A stretch of DNA of 64,000 nt from Malacoraja senta (lineage: Eukaryota), in the NCBI GenBank assembly GCA_038087875.1, contig CM075990.1, positions 3,226,001 to 3,290,000 on the forward strand. The letters run 5' to 3'. Below, piece by piece: positions 1 through 12,679 of this stretch. Within the stretch, counting starts at the first letter, position 1. The number at the start of each line of letters is the position of its first letter. A program made the position numbers and the translations under genes. The notes under the pieces were generated by a model. It worked only from the letters and a program-made list of their open reading frames with translations, searched no databases and had not been told where the DNA came from.

Positions 1-154
1 GTATCTCTAAACTAAAAACCTTCCAACCAATTATACAGCCTAATTGTAGGATCCCAAACATCACCTTATATGATAACAAGATCATAAGACATAGGACCAG
101 AATTATATCACTCACCCCATGGAGTCTGCTCCACCATTTGATCATGGCTGATCT

Positions 155-564
155 TGAAATTGAAATTGAAATTGAAACGTATAAGATAGTTAAGGGCTTG
201 GACACGCTAGAGGCAGGAAACATGTTCCCGATGTTGGGGGAGTCCAGAACCATGGGCCACAGTTTAAGAATAAGGAGTAAGCCATTTAGAACAGAGATGA
301 GGAAACACTTTTTCTCACAGAGAGTTGTGAGTCTGTGGAATTCTCTGCCTCAGAGGGCGGTGGAGGCAGGTTCTCTGGATGCTTTCAAGAGAGAGCTAGA
401 TAGGGCTCTTAAAAATAGTGGAGTCGGGGTATATGGGGAGAAGGCAGGAACGGGGTACTGATTGGGGATGATCAGCCATGATCACATTGAATGGCGGTGC
501 TGGCTCGAAGGGCCGAATGGCCTACTCCTGCACCTATTGTCTATTGTCTATTGTCTATTGTCTA
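155..564 (+). mobile_element. CR1-type LINE 3' fragment (young subfamily with (CTATTGT)n tail), nested in an older antisense CR1 3' end (81-153 / 565-835)
   Basis: Encodes CR1 ORF2 C-terminus (ETYKIVKGLD...RTMGHSLRI...FFSQRVVSLWNSLP); 3' UTR GGCCGAATGGCCTACTCCTGCACC plus tandem tail. Confidence 0.9.
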
Positions 565-989
565 TCTATTTTCCTCTCTCAACCCCATTCTCCTGCCTTC
601 TCTCCATCACCTTTGATGGCCTTACTAATCACGATCCTAAAGATACCCAATGACTTGGCCTCCATAGCCGTCTGTGGCAATGAATCCCACAGATATGCTG
701 CCCTCTGGCTAAATAAATCCCACATCACCTCCATTCTAAAGGTACTTTTATTCTGAGGCTGTTCCCTCTGGTGCTAGATTCTCCCACCACTGGAAACATC
801 CTCTCCACGTCCACTCTATCCAGGCCTTTCATTATTAGGTAGCTCCATGGTTCCAACTGGCAACTCTATGGTGCCAATATGGTGCTTTATTGCTGATCAA
901 TGGCACCCTGCTCATCTCACATGAGAGCCATCCGCTCCTGGGTGGCATCGTTGTTGGGTCAAACCATTCCAGAAATCTGAGGACTGAAT

Positions 990-2055
990 CAGTTATAGTC
1001 ATACAGCATGGAAATAGGCCCTTCGGCCCAACCTGCCCACGCCGACCAACATGTCCCATCTAAACTAGTCCCACCTGCCTGTGTTTGTCCCATATTCCTC
1101 TAAGCCTATCCTAACCATGTACCTGTCCAAATGCTTTTTGAAAGTTGTTATAGTATCTGCTTCAACTACCTCTTCCGGCAGCTCGTTCCATATATGTACC
1201 CACCCTTTGTGGAAAAAGTTACCCCTCATCATCCCCCCCCCCCCCCCCCCCCACCCCCCTCAACTTAAACCTATGTCCTCTGGTTCTTGATTCTCCTACT
1301 CAAGGTGAAAGACTGTGCATTTACCCTATCTATTCCTCACATGATCTTATACACATAGAAACATAGAAACATAGGTGCAGGAGGAGGCAGTACCGCCATT
1401 CATTGTGATCATGGCTGATCGTCCCCTATCAATAACCCATGCCTGCCTTCTCCCCATATCCCTTGACTCCACTAGCCCCTAGAGCTCTATCTAACTCTCT
1501 CTTAAATCCATCCAGTGACTTGGCCTCCACTGCTCTCTGTGGCAGGGAATTCCATAAATTCCCAACTCTCTAGGTGAAAATCTTTTTTCTCACCTCAGTC
1601 TTAAATGACCTCCCCTTTATTCTAAGACTGTGTGGTTCTGGACTCGCCCAACATTGGTAACATTTTCCTGCATCTAGCTTGTCCAGTCCTTTTATAATTT
1701 TATATGTCTCTATAAGAAACACCTCTGTAAGATCAGTCCTCACCCCTCATCTCTGTAAGATCAGTCCTCACACCTCACCCTCCTGCGCTCGAAGCAATAC
1801 AACCCTAGTCTGCTCAACCTCTCCCTACAGCTCAGGCCCTCGAGTCCTGGCAACATCCTTGTAAATCTTCTCTGCACCCTTTTCAGCTTGACAACATCTG
1901 GTTGACCAAAACTGAACCCAATACTCTAAATGTGGCCACACCAATGTCTTCTACAATTGCGACATGACCTCCCAACTTCTGTATTCAATACTCGGACTGA
2001 TAAAGGCCAAATGTGGAAACGCTAGCTACCCGTCTTGCCACTTTCAAGGAGTTTG
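990..2055 (-). mobile_element. CR1 3' fragment interrupted by a second antisense CR1 3' end (1353-1716)
   Basis: Reverse-complement CR1 3' UTRs (cagcatggaaataggcccttcggccc; catagaaacatagaaac tail) and ORF2 C-terminal sequence. Confidence 0.85.
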
Positions 2056-2079
2056 GAAAAAGGACACTCACAGGTTGGA

Positions 2080-2345
2080 ACTGTGGGTCACAACGTCCGA
2101 ACAATGTGTTAAACAAAGGGTGTGTCCGCTTGCTCAGGAAATCGTTGTGCCTGCTGAAGGAGGGCCACTTGCCTCTTGGCATTTATATTATCCATCAGAC
2201 AACCTGGCCACTCTCTGAATTGTGGTTCTGGAGACTTGCTGTGTAAAATATTTCTGTTGTGTTTCCTCACATTTACTGCACGCCAAAGAATAATTGCTTT
2301 ACTGTGAAACGATCCAGATTGGGATTTAGAGATGCTGTATTTTTT
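2080..2345 (+). mobile_element. Highly decayed Deu-domain SINE relic (SacSINE/AmnSINE-like)
   Basis: Degenerate match to the DeuSINE 3' part (gacttgctgtgtaaaat...gtttcctcacatt...ctgtgaaacg), recognised from memory. Confidence 0.4.
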
Positions 2346-2553
2346 TTTCTTTTCTTCCATTATATTATTATTTTATATAGCAGAACAGGCTGGAAAAAAC
2401 GTCCCTGATTAATCCCATGGTGACCTCTCTTCCCTCAAATGCAACCCATTAGAGATCCTTCTCCGAGGTCAACCAACACAGACCCTTCCTTTCCACCAAA
2501 TTCACACCACAAGGGATCTCATTCCAATTCCATTCCATTGTTGACTCCATTCC

Positions 2554-2940
2554 TCAGAGCCGGATTTACCACTTGGCTTCATAGGTTGAAGCCTAGGGCC
2601 TCGAAATCTAGGAGGCCTCCGACCAAGCTATTTTTGACACTGGCATAGGCCTTTCTTACATATGCTGTCACAACGCACTGTAGTCTCTAAACAACCCTTC
2701 AGTAATTTTCCTTGCCCTCCATTTCAGAATAATAGTGTTTTAAGCCGATAACTCGACACTAGCATTGGCAATAAATAAATAAATAAATAGTGTAGCTTTC
2801 CAGCCCCTTATCTCATTGGCCACGCTCGGCTGCAAATCGGTGTCAATTTGGTGGATCATCTTCCTCTAGTCGTGGGGGTGGGGGATTGGGAGGGGCCTCA
2901 CAAGTGGAACAGCCTAGGGCCTCTCTTCACCTAAATTCAA
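2554..2940. mobile_element. Possible non-autonomous DNA transposon
   Basis: Starts CAGAGCCGGATTTA; sub-terminal AGCCTAGGGCCTC repeated near both ends; right TIR degenerate. Confidence 0.3.
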
Positions 2941-2945
2941 CAATA

Positions 2946-3260
2946 GGGTGGCACGGTGGCGCAGCGGTAGAGTTGCTGCCTTCCAGCACCAGAGATCCAG
3001 GTTCGATCTTGACCAAGGGTGCTGTCTGTACGGAGTTTGTACATTCTCCCTGTGACCACGTGGGTTTTCTCTGGGTGCTCCAGTTTCCTCCCACACTCCA
3101 AAGTCGTACAGGTTTGTAGGTTAATTGGCGTTGTATAAATGTAAATTGTCCCGAGTGTGTGTAGGAGAGTGTAAGTGTGCGGGGATCACTGGTTGGTGCG
3201 GACTTGGTGGGCCGAAGGGCCTGTTTCCGCTCTGTATCTCTAAACTAAACTAAACTAAAA
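2946..3260 (+). mobile_element. Full-length tRNA-derived V-SINE (HE1-like)
   Basis: A box TGGCGCAGCGG, B box GGTTCGATC, V-domain GTGGGTTTTCTCTGGGTGCTCCAGTTTCCTCCCACA, CR1-like 3' end GGGCCGAAGGGCCTGTTTCC, (CTAAA)n tail. Confidence 0.92.
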
Positions 3261-3949
3261 TTAGGACCATCATGCATACCCAGAGAGACTAGCCGTTGGG
3301 TGATGTTTAAGAAAGAACTGCAGATGCTGGAAAAATCGAAGGTAGACAAAAATGCTGGAGAAACTCAGCGGGTGAGGCAGCATCTATGGAGCGAAGATAG
3401 TGTGTGTTGGATAATGTTAGCATGCGGGGATCACTGGACAGCGTGGACTCGATGAGTCCAAAGACGTGCAGATTTACAGGTTAATTGAACTTCTGCAAAT
3501 CGTCCCTAGGCTGTTGGACTATGTACAGGCTCAGATTGTCGCTAATCTAAACTAAACTAAATGTGGATAGAAGATGCAGAGATGTGGATAGAAATATGGA
3601 AACATTGAAAAATAGGTGCAGGAGTAGGCCATTCGGCCCTTCGAGACAGCACCGCCATTCAATATGATCATGGCTGATCATCTAAAATCAGTACCCCATT
3701 CCTGCCTTTTCCCCCATATCCCTTGATTCCATTAGCCCTAAGAGCTAAATCTCTCTCTTGAAAACATCCAGTGAATTCCTTCTGCTCCCCGCTTGCGTCG
3801 GGCAGAAGATACAGAAGCTCGTAAGCCGGCACCACCTGACTCAGGAACAGCTTCTTCCCCTCTGTTATCGTGCTACTGACAGTCCTTCCATAAGCTAGTG
3901 TACCATCCAGTTCTCATCTGCCTCATTGGAATCTTGGAATCTTGGAAAT

Positions 3950-4603
3950 TTTATTGTCATTCAGACCTTTTGGTCTGAACGAAATTTCGTTGCCTGCAGT
4001 CATACATATAATAAAATAACAAAACACACAATAAACACAAATTTAACATCCACCACAGTGAGTTCACCAGACACGTCCTCACTGTGATGGAAGGCAAAAA
4101 TCTTAAGTCTTTGTCTCTTCCCTCCTTGTTCTCCCTCTGCGCTGAGGCGATCCAGGCCTCCGATGTTGTGACCCCCACCGGGTGATGGTAAGTCAGTCCT
4201 GCGGCTCAACCGTGCTCCGCGAACGGGCCGGTTCAATCTCCGCGGCCCGGGGCGGTCGAAGCTGCCGCCCTCCATTGGACTCGCTTGCGCGGCTTAAAAT
4301 CGGCCGCGGGATCTTCCATCGCCCGGCGGGGGCTTCAATATCGGGGGCCTCGATCGCTCGCCTCGACGCAACAGTTTGACTGCCTGGCCGCAGGAGAAGA
4401 AGCAATGAAGAGATAAGACTTTTTTTACCTTCCATCACAGTGAGGAGGTGCCTGGAGGAGCGTCACTGTGATGGATGTTTGTGTTAAATTGTGTTTAATT
4501 GTGTGTCTTGTTGCTTTTTTACTGTTATGGCTGCGTGGCGACGAAATTTCGTTCAAACTTGTTTTTGAATGACAAATGAATAAATTCAATTCAATTCAAT
4601 TCA
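3950..4603. mobile_element. Two head-to-head fragments of a GC-rich non-autonomous retroelement with Rex1/Babar-type 3' tail
   Basis: GAAATTTCGTT...AATGACAA tail on minus at 3950-3995 and on plus at 4543-4603; shared CCATCACAGTGAGG motif. Confidence 0.6.
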
Positions 4604-4822
4604 ATGTCTGGAACTGTGTAGGAGATGCTGCTTGTCCCGCTGAGTTACTCCAGCATTTGTGTGTCTATCTCCGTCTCTGGGACTTGTTACGCCACAAAGC
4701 TGAGAACTATATTCTGCGCTGATTATCCCTTCATTTTACCTATTGTGCTGAAGCTTAGCTTGATAGTATTACTGTATAATATTATCTGATTTGATTGGTG
4801 AGCGTGCAAAACCAAGCTTTTC

Positions 4823-5505
4823 TTTAGTTTAGACTTTAGAGTTTAGAGAAACAACGTGGAAACAGGCCCTTTGGCCCATCGAGTCCGTGCCGACCAGCGA
4901 TCAACCATTCACACCAAAGATCCTATATCGGAGCAAGATAGACCACTCCTGCTAAATGCAATGGGCTGACGTGTAGTACGCAACGGAGCGGAACGTGGGC
5001 CTTTTTTTCATCCATTTCCGTAACCGGACCCGACCCGACTCGCAGTGTAATCAACGTTGCGGGGGAACAGTTTGTGTTAATAAATTATAATTCTGAAAAT
5101 GAGGAGAAGATTTTTACCAAATAACTTTTATTTTTACGAGGATGTTTCCGTAACCGACTTCCGTCTCCGCACTAGTATCCTATGGGATCTTTGGTGTGGA
5201 GACGGAAGCCGGTTACGGAAATGGGGCCTTAAATTACCCATGAATCTGCCCATGACCGTACTACGTCTTTTTTGTCGAGTGGTCTATCTTGCTTCGCTAT
5301 AGGATCTTTGGTTCACACTAACCTACACACTGGGGACAACTTACGCAAGACAATGCGGACCTACAATCCTGCACATGTGGAAGGAAACCGGAGCACCGGG
5401 AGAACACCCAGGGACTCCGTAAAGACAGCACCCGAGGTCAGGATCGAACCCAGCTCTCTGGCGCTTTGAGGCAGCAGCTTTACCCGCTGCGCCACCATGC
5501 CTCCC
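4823..5505 (-). mobile_element. HE1-like V-SINE split by a TIR element
   Basis: Antisense tail at 4823 and antisense tRNA head at 5430-5505. Confidence 0.85.
4914..5311. mobile_element. Non-autonomous DNA transposon with ~35-bp TIRs and 6-bp TSD (TTCACA)
   Basis: CCAAAGATCCTATATCGGAGCAAGATAGACCACTC / GAGTGGTCTATCTTGCTTCGCTATAGGATCTTTGG; TTCACA at 4908-4913 and 5312-5317. Confidence 0.9.
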
Positions 5506-5745
5506 CTTTAACTTCATCCTCCTCGTTTCATCATCCCGCAGCCCTTGACGGAAGAGGGACATTCATTCCTGCTACCCAGAGAAGCCAACGGCTTGTGACA
5601 GCCGTCATGTAGCACTTGGCTCAACAATGCTTTACTTTGTCTTACCAAGTGCTTGTAAGTTGCCTTGGCCTTTACATACAATGGCTGAACCTCCTCAGAG
5701 CCTGCTGTCGTGCCACCTGCATGCCTCGTCTAGAGAGCTATAAGA

Positions 5746-6033
5746 AGCGGCACGGTGGCGCAGCGGTAGAGTTACTCCCACGGGTTCGATCCTGACTATG
5801 GATGCTGTCTGTATGGAGTTTGTACGATCTCCCTGTAACCACATGGGTTTTCTCCGGGATCTTCCCACACTCCAAAGACATGCAGGCATGCAGGTTAATT
5901 AGCTTTGGTAAAGATTATAAATTATCTCTAGTGTGTCGGATAGTGCTAGTGTACAGGGGGATCGCTGGTTGACGCAGACTCGGTGGGCCAAAGGGCCTGT
6001 CTCCACGCTGCATCTGTATCTCTAAAGTCTAAA
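5746..6033 (+). mobile_element. HE1-like V-SINE
   Basis: tRNA head, V-domain, CR1-like tail. Confidence 0.88.
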
Positions 6034-6890
6034 AGGACGTACCTTTAGAATGGAGACGAGGAATTTCTTTAGCCAGAGGGTGGTGAATCTGTGGGATTCA
6101 TTGTAACAGATGGCAGTGGAGGCCAAGTCAATGGGTACTTGTAAGGCCGAGATTGTCAGATTCTTGATTAGTAAGGATGCCAAAAGTTGTCAGGAGGAGG
6201 CAGGAGAATTGGGTTGAGAGTGGAAAATAGATCAAGAAATGTGTACAGTAGATGATATACAAATTGTCAGTGTACTTGGTATAGAGGAAGAAAATTAATA
6301 GCTGTGCAAAGATAAAGAGTTACATAGGTTTGAGGTGAGGGGGAAAGATTTAATTGCAGCCTGAGGAGTAACTTTTACTCACAAAGGGTGCTGGGTGCCT
6401 GGAACGAGCTGCTGGAGGAGGTAGTTGAGGCAGATTCTATCGCAACGCTTAAAAAACATTTAGACAGGTACATGGATAGGTTTAGAGGGATATGGGCCAA
6501 ACACAAGCAGGTAGGACTCAGGTAGATGCGACTTGTTGGCCGGTGTGGGCAAATTATGCCGAAGGGCCTGTTTCCACGCTGTATCTCTCTATGACTAGGG
6601 GTTGTTCAGGTGGACTAAAGTTGAAACAGTTAGCTGCTGAAATGTCTGAGGTATTGTGCTGGGTGAGGTCAGATAACACAAGTGAATATCCAATAAACAG
6701 AAGGACACTGACATTTAGAGGAATGTTGAATTGCATTGAATGACCACAGATTAATCTTAGTTTCGAGATACAGCACGGAAACAAGCCCTTCGGCCCACTG
6801 AGTCCATGCTGAGAGAGTTAGATTTAGCCCCTAGTCCTAACAGAATCAAGGGATATGGGGAGAAAGCAGGAACGGGGTACTGATTTTAGA

Positions 6891-7124
6891 CGTTTAAGAA
6901 GGAACTGCAGATGCTGGAAAATCAAAGGTAGACCAAAATGCTGGAGAAACTCAGCGGGTGAGGCAGCAACTATGGAGCGAAGGAAATAGGCAACGTTTCG
7001 GGTCTGAAGAAGAGTTTCGGCCCGAAACGTCACCTATTCCTTCGCTCCATAGATGCTGCCTCACCCGCTGAGTTTCTCCAGCATTTTTGTCTACCTTTGA
7101 TTTTCTCCAGCATTTTTGTCTACC
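6891..7124. mobile_element. Penelope-derived fold-back element with hammerhead core, inserted in a CR1 3' UTR
   Basis: Inverted arms; CTGAAGA 7004-7010, GAAACGTC 7024-7031; 13-bp TSD TACTGATTTTAGA 6878-6890 / 7125-7137. Confidence 0.85.
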
Positions 7125-7794
7125 TACTGATTTTAGATGATCGGCCATGATCATATTGAATGGCGGTGCTGGTTCGAAGGGCCGAATGGCCTACTGCAAG
7201 AATGTTTCTATGTTTCTACGTGACCATCCATGGAACTGGACAACCGGATAGGCTTTCCATTGAATCCATTCACACTAGTTCTATGCTATCCCTTTATCTC
7301 ATCCACTCCTTACACGCTAGGGCAATTTACAGAAAGCCAATTAACCTGCAAACCCGCATGAATTTGGGATGTGGGAGGAAACTGGGGCATCCCGGAGGAA
7401 ACCAACGTGGTCAGAGGAAGAAGGTAGAACACAGAACAGTACAGCGCAGGAACAGGCCCTTCGGCCCACATTGTCTGTGCTCAACATGAAGCCAAATTAA
7501 ACTAATCTTCTCTGCCTGCACATAATCCACATCCCTCCATTCCCTGCAGGAGAGGATTCACCGGGATGTTGCCTGGAATGGAGTCATTCAGTGATGGAGT
7601 CATAGCATCATACAGCATGGAAACAGGCCCTTCAGCCCAACTCGTCCATGCTACCCCAGATTTTCCATCTAAGCTAGACCCATTTGCCTACATTTAGCTC
7701 GTATCCCTGTGTGGTAAGCTACACGATGTAGGACCTCTGTAGATTCTACTCTAGACATATTCTCCGGTTCATTCCCAGCTCCAGTTCAGTTCAG

Positions 7795-8145
7795 TGAAAT
7801 AGTGAGGGAGTGGCCGGGGTGCGACTGGTCCTTGATTATACTGCTGTCCTTGCCGAGGCAGCGTGAGGTATGAATGGAGCCAATGTAAGAGGGGTTGGTT
7901 TGTGTGATGGTCTGGGCTATGTCCACAATTCGTTGCAATTCCTTGCAATCTTGGATGGAGCTCTTCCCAAACCCATGCTGTGATGCATCCCGATAAAATA
8001 CTTTCTACGCCGCTACTGTGGAAGTTGGTGAGAGTTGTTGGGGACATGCCTAAGTCTTCTAAGGAAGTCAAGGGTGTTGGTGTGCTTTCTTGGCCATTGC
8101 TTCAATATGGGCGGTCCAGGAGAAATCGTTGGTGATATTGACTAT
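7795..8145 (-). mobile_element. Rex1/Babar-type LINE ORF fragment
   Basis: Translation MSPTTLTNFHSSGVESILSGCITAW resembles the Rex1 RT C-terminal region. Confidence 0.8.
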
Positions 8146-9019
8146 AACAGCCTATTGCACTTTATCTGTTTATTTATGTCAAGTCAAGTCAAGTCAATTT
8201 TATTTCTATAGCACATTTAAAAACAACTCTCGTTGACCAAAATGCTTTACATCAGTGCAGGTACTAACATGCTACATACAGTGGTGCATAGATCAACAAT
8301 ACATGCATAAATACATACATATGTGTGTATATATATGGTCTATGCTATATATTGAACTGTTCTGTATTTATGCTTACAATATTCTGTTGTGCTGCAGCAA
8401 AGCAAGAATTTCATTGACCTATCTGGGACACATGACAATGAACTCTCTTGACTTGACTTGACTTCTAGGAATTTGACGTTTTCAGCCATCTCTACTTCGG
8501 CGCCATCAATGGCATCTCCGTCTCCAACGCTGTCTCCCATCTTGTCAGACTCCCAGCTTATCAAATACCTCACGTATTATTTGCTCCAGTGGTTCCCAAT
8601 GGATCCTGCATTTTCCCCCATCGGGAATTCGGCCTAATTTCCCTTCTTTCTCACTCCCCAGTGAGTTACGTGCAGGACTTGCATTCCTTGGTATTTGATT
8701 CAACCAAATTAACATGCTTGGACAGAAAGGACAAGTTGGAACTTGCCTCACCTTCCCTCCGAAATTAAACCTCCGTGCTCAATGTCATCCTCACTGCTCA
8801 TCCTTGACAGGAAATATTATCTTTCCCATGGTCATCGGAGCAGACCCCACACACTGCTCCACATGCCGTTCCACCACATCAAAAGCAGCATCAATATAAC
8901 CTGCCTTTTATTGGTATGAACTCCTCCCTTCAGTTCAACGTGGTCTTTCACTTGCCACGTCCTCCGGAGCCAAAGTTCTGGGTTGGATGGTCCCGGTTAA
9001 ATAACACCTTTCATCAACT

Positions 9020-9325
9020 GGGGCGGCACGGTGGCGTAGCCGGAGAGTTGCTGCCTCACAGCGCTAAAGTAAGAGACCCGGGTTCTATCCTAACCATGTA
9101 CAGAGTTTGTACGTTCTTCCCGTGACAGTGTGGGTTTTCTCCGAGATCTTCGGTTTCCTCCCTCACACCAAAGACTTACAGTTTTGTAGGTTAATTGGCT
9201 TGGTATAAATGCAAATTGTCCCTAGTGTGTGTAGGATCGTGTTAGTGTGCGGGGATCGCTGGTCGGTGCGGATTTGGTGGGCCGAAGGATCTGTTTCTAC
9301 ACTTTATCTCTGAAGTAAACTATAC
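9020..9325 (+). mobile_element. HE1-like V-SINE
   Basis: tRNA head, V-domain, tail. Confidence 0.88.
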
Positions 9326-9654
9326 TTAACGGCCTTCACTTTGCACTAAACATTATTCCCTTATCATGTACAGTATCTCTACACTGTAAATGGCTCAATT
9401 ATAATCATGTATTGTCTTTCCGCTGACTGGATAGCACGTAACAAAAGTGGTACACGTGACAATAAACTAAACTGCAACTACTAATTTCAAGCTGGAAAGG
9501 GCACAGAGAAGATCTACGAGGATGTTGCCAGGACCCGAGGGGCTGTGCTATAGGGAGAGGTTGAGTAGGCTAGGACTCCACTCCAAGGAGCTTAGGAATA
9601 TGAAGAGTGATTTTATAGAGCTGTACAAAATCATGAGAGGAATCGATTGGGTAG

Positions 9655-10060
9655 ATCCACTGTCCCATCAGTGCCTCCACTTCCTTAGAAGATTGAGGAG
9701 ATTTGGGATGTCAACAAATACGCTCTTGAACTTCTACAGTGTGCAGCAGAGAGCACATTGACTGGCTGCATCATGGCAAGGTTCGGCAACTCGAACGCCC
9801 ACGAATGAAGAAGACCACAAAAAGTGGTGGACACTGCTCCGGTCCATCATGGGTACTGACCTCCCCAACATCGAAGGGATCTACAGCAGTCGCTGCCTCA
9901 AAAAAGGCAGCCAGCATCATCAGAGACCCACACCACCCTGGCCACACTCTCATCTCACTCCTGCGATCGGGAACAAGATATACTGTAGGAAGCTGAAAAC
10001 TGTAATGTCCAGGTTCAGGAGCAGCTTCTTCCCTACAACCATCAGCCCATTAAACACTGC
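9655..10060 (+). mobile_element. Rex1/Babar LINE 3' fragment
   Basis: QCLHFLRRLRRFGMS...KAASIIRDPHHPGH...SRFRSSFFPTTI across frames. Confidence 0.85.
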
Positions 10061-10369
10061 AACCTCCGAACCACATAGACAAGGGCATTGATTTTTTTGC
10101 ACTACTATTCTGCCCTACTTTGACAAAAGGAAGCAGTTGACAGAAAGGCGTTTTCTTGTAAATGAGGAAAACGTGTTTTTCTTTCAGCTTCTCTGTGATG
10201 GAATTTCTTACTTCTCTGGTATAAATATTTTCAAATTGTACTCGAAGAAGACTTATTTTGTTCACCATTGTGTGGAGCGTATCTCAAATACCCTAAAACA
10301 AGCAGTAACTCAATGTTGACAACATTGTCAATTGCTTCCTTTTGTCAAATTAGGGCAGTATTGTCTATT

Positions 10370-10522
<153 letters not shown>

Positions 10523-11262
10523 GATATAATTTATATATACTGATATATATATTTATATGTACTGATATAACAAAAATATTCAGTATATATATATATACTG
10601 AACTTTTTTGTTGCTTATTCTGGGTTTAACAATGTGTACATATTCCATGGTGCTGCTGCAAGTAAGAATGTCATTGTCCCGTGTCGGGACAAAGGCCATT
10701 AAAACACTCTTGTCTCTTGCCACCACCTTGATTTACTTCCCAGTAATAGCTGATAGAGTAGATAAGTGGACAGTCAGGCCATTCTCAAGGTCTGAAGCTG
10801 GATATTAGATGCTGTTAAGTTTTTCCACCATGCAGAGCTATTGAAGTCTCATTTTGACTTCACAGCTCAGTGCAAGAGGGATTTGGATAAGATAAACTTA
10901 TTCAGAGCATCAAACAACCTTGGAAGCACAAGCTTTCCAAAGTTCCCCTTAAGTTATGATGTTTCGGAGATGGGTCCTTTCTTCCGACTGGACACAAAGT
11001 GCTGGAGTTACTCAGTGGGTCAGGCAGCATCTCTGGAGAAAAAAGATGGGTGGCATTTCGGGTTGGGACCCTACTTCAGACTCGACATAAAGTGCTTGAG
11101 TACATCAGAAAGTCAGGCAGCATTCACTAGGTTAAGCAGGATGGCCAAAATGTAGAAACAAAGAACTGCAGATGCTAGATCAAAATGCAGAACTGTCCTG
11201 TAGAAGGGTCCAGACCCGAAACATCGCCCATTTGATTCTCCAGGGATGCTGCCTGACCCGCT

Positions 11263-11581
11263 GAGTTTAGTTTCGAGAAACAGCGTGGAAACAGGCCCTG
11301 CAGACCACCGAGTCTGCACCGACCAGCGATCCCCGCACACGAACACTACCCCACACACACCAGGGATCATTTCACATTTATACCAAGCCAATTAACCTAC
11401 AGACCTGTATGTCTTCGGAGTGTGGGAGAAAACCGAACATCTCGGAGAAACCCATGCGGTTACGGGGTGAACATACAAACTCCGTACAGACAGCAACCGG
11501 TAGTCAGGATCGAACCCAGGTCTCTGGGCGCTGTAAGCGTTGTCAGGCAGCAACTCCACCGCTGCGCCACCTTGCCGCCCT
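11263..11581 (-). mobile_element. HE1-like V-SINE
   Basis: Antisense head, V-domain and tail. Confidence 0.88.
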
Positions 11582-11801
11582 GTTAGGCAAAAATGTAGAA
11601 GTGTCCCGAAGAAAGGTCCCGACCCAAAATGTTGCCCATCCCTTCTCTCCAGAGACACTGCCTGACCGACGCGCTGAGTTACTCCAGCATTTTGTGACTC
11701 TCAGCACTTAATAGTTTTATTTTCATTTTTAATCCCCAAATGCATCTTTAAGTTTCCTTTTATTTCCTTCTCTCTAATTTATTTTTCTGCGTTTCAATCA
11801 G

Positions 11802-11878
11802 ACGATCGGGGGCCCCCGAACATCCAAAGGAAATTACAGGAGGCCGCTCGAAGTTGGTGCGTTAAATTAATAACCCAA
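11802..11878 (+). other. Candidate 77-nt internal exon of an unidentified host transcript
   Basis: Long polypyrimidine tract, CTAAT branch-like site, TCAG acceptor (11800-11801), CAA/GTACGT donor; one open frame (x)DRGPPNIQRKLQEAARSWCVKLITQ; repeat-free context. Confidence 0.4.
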
Positions 11879-12258
11879 GTACGTTTTTTACAGAAGAATG
11901 AAAATAACAGCGAGAACATCCCGAACATTTTCTCATTAATGTTATTCTCTGGTTGAACTGACAAATGCTGACGTTGTCATATTTAGCAGCTGTACACGGA
12001 GTGTAAGACACAGAGGGTTAACTCACTGGAGCAGAAGAAAATTAATAGAAAATGTATTACCTTTTGCCATTCTTCTGGACAGTGGGGGATAGCAAATTGT
12101 GATAACAGGAAGCTAATCCAAGGTTTGTCTGTCCCATTCCCTGCATCACGCCTCGATACACTCCTACCTTCTCCCATATGCTCATAAGGTCATAAGTGAT
12201 GGGAGTAGAATTTGGCCATTCGGCCCATCAAGTCTACTCCGCCATTCAATCATGGCTG

Positions 12259-12466
12259 TTCAAGAAGGAACTGCAGATGCTGGAAAATCGAAGGTAGACA
12301 AAAATGCTGGAGAAACTCAGCGGGTGCGGCAGCATCTATGGAGCGAAGGAAATAGGCAACGTTTCGGGCCGAAACCCTTCTTCAGACTGCTACAGGGTGG
12401 GGGTGGGGGGCAGGAAGAAGAAAGGAAGAGGAGGAGCCAGAGGGCTGAGGGAGAGCTGAGAAGGGG
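12259..12466 (-). mobile_element. Penelope 3' UTR/pLTR fragment with intact hammerhead core
   Basis: Core at 12357-12385 (minus); 15-bp TSD ATTCAATCATGGCTG 12244-12258 / 12467-12481. Confidence 0.88.
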
Positions 12467-12679
12467 ATTCAATCATGGCTGATCCATCTCTCCCTCCTAA
12501 CCCCCATCCCCCCCCCCTGCCTGCTCCCCATAACCTCTGACACCCACTTAACAATGTGGCTTGGGGGACTTCATTGAAACTTATCGAATAGTTTTGGTTC
12601 GTTTCGAGATACGGCGCGGAAACAGGCACTTCGGTCCAACGAGTCGGCGCCGTCCAGCGATCACCCCATATACATAGAT

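Noticed and set aside
2946..3030. tRNA genes (many A/B-box copies)
   Set aside because: They continue into the V-domain and CR1-like tail, so they are SINE heads.
8465..8575. Apparent plus-strand exon (HLYFGAINGISVSNAV...)
   Set aside because: The minus strand reads IDGAEVEMAENVKFLEV, a Rex1-type RT fragment, and the donor site is weak.
10174..10225. Possible micro-exon after TTTTCTTTCAG
   Set aside because: Weak donor (GTATAA) and no other support.
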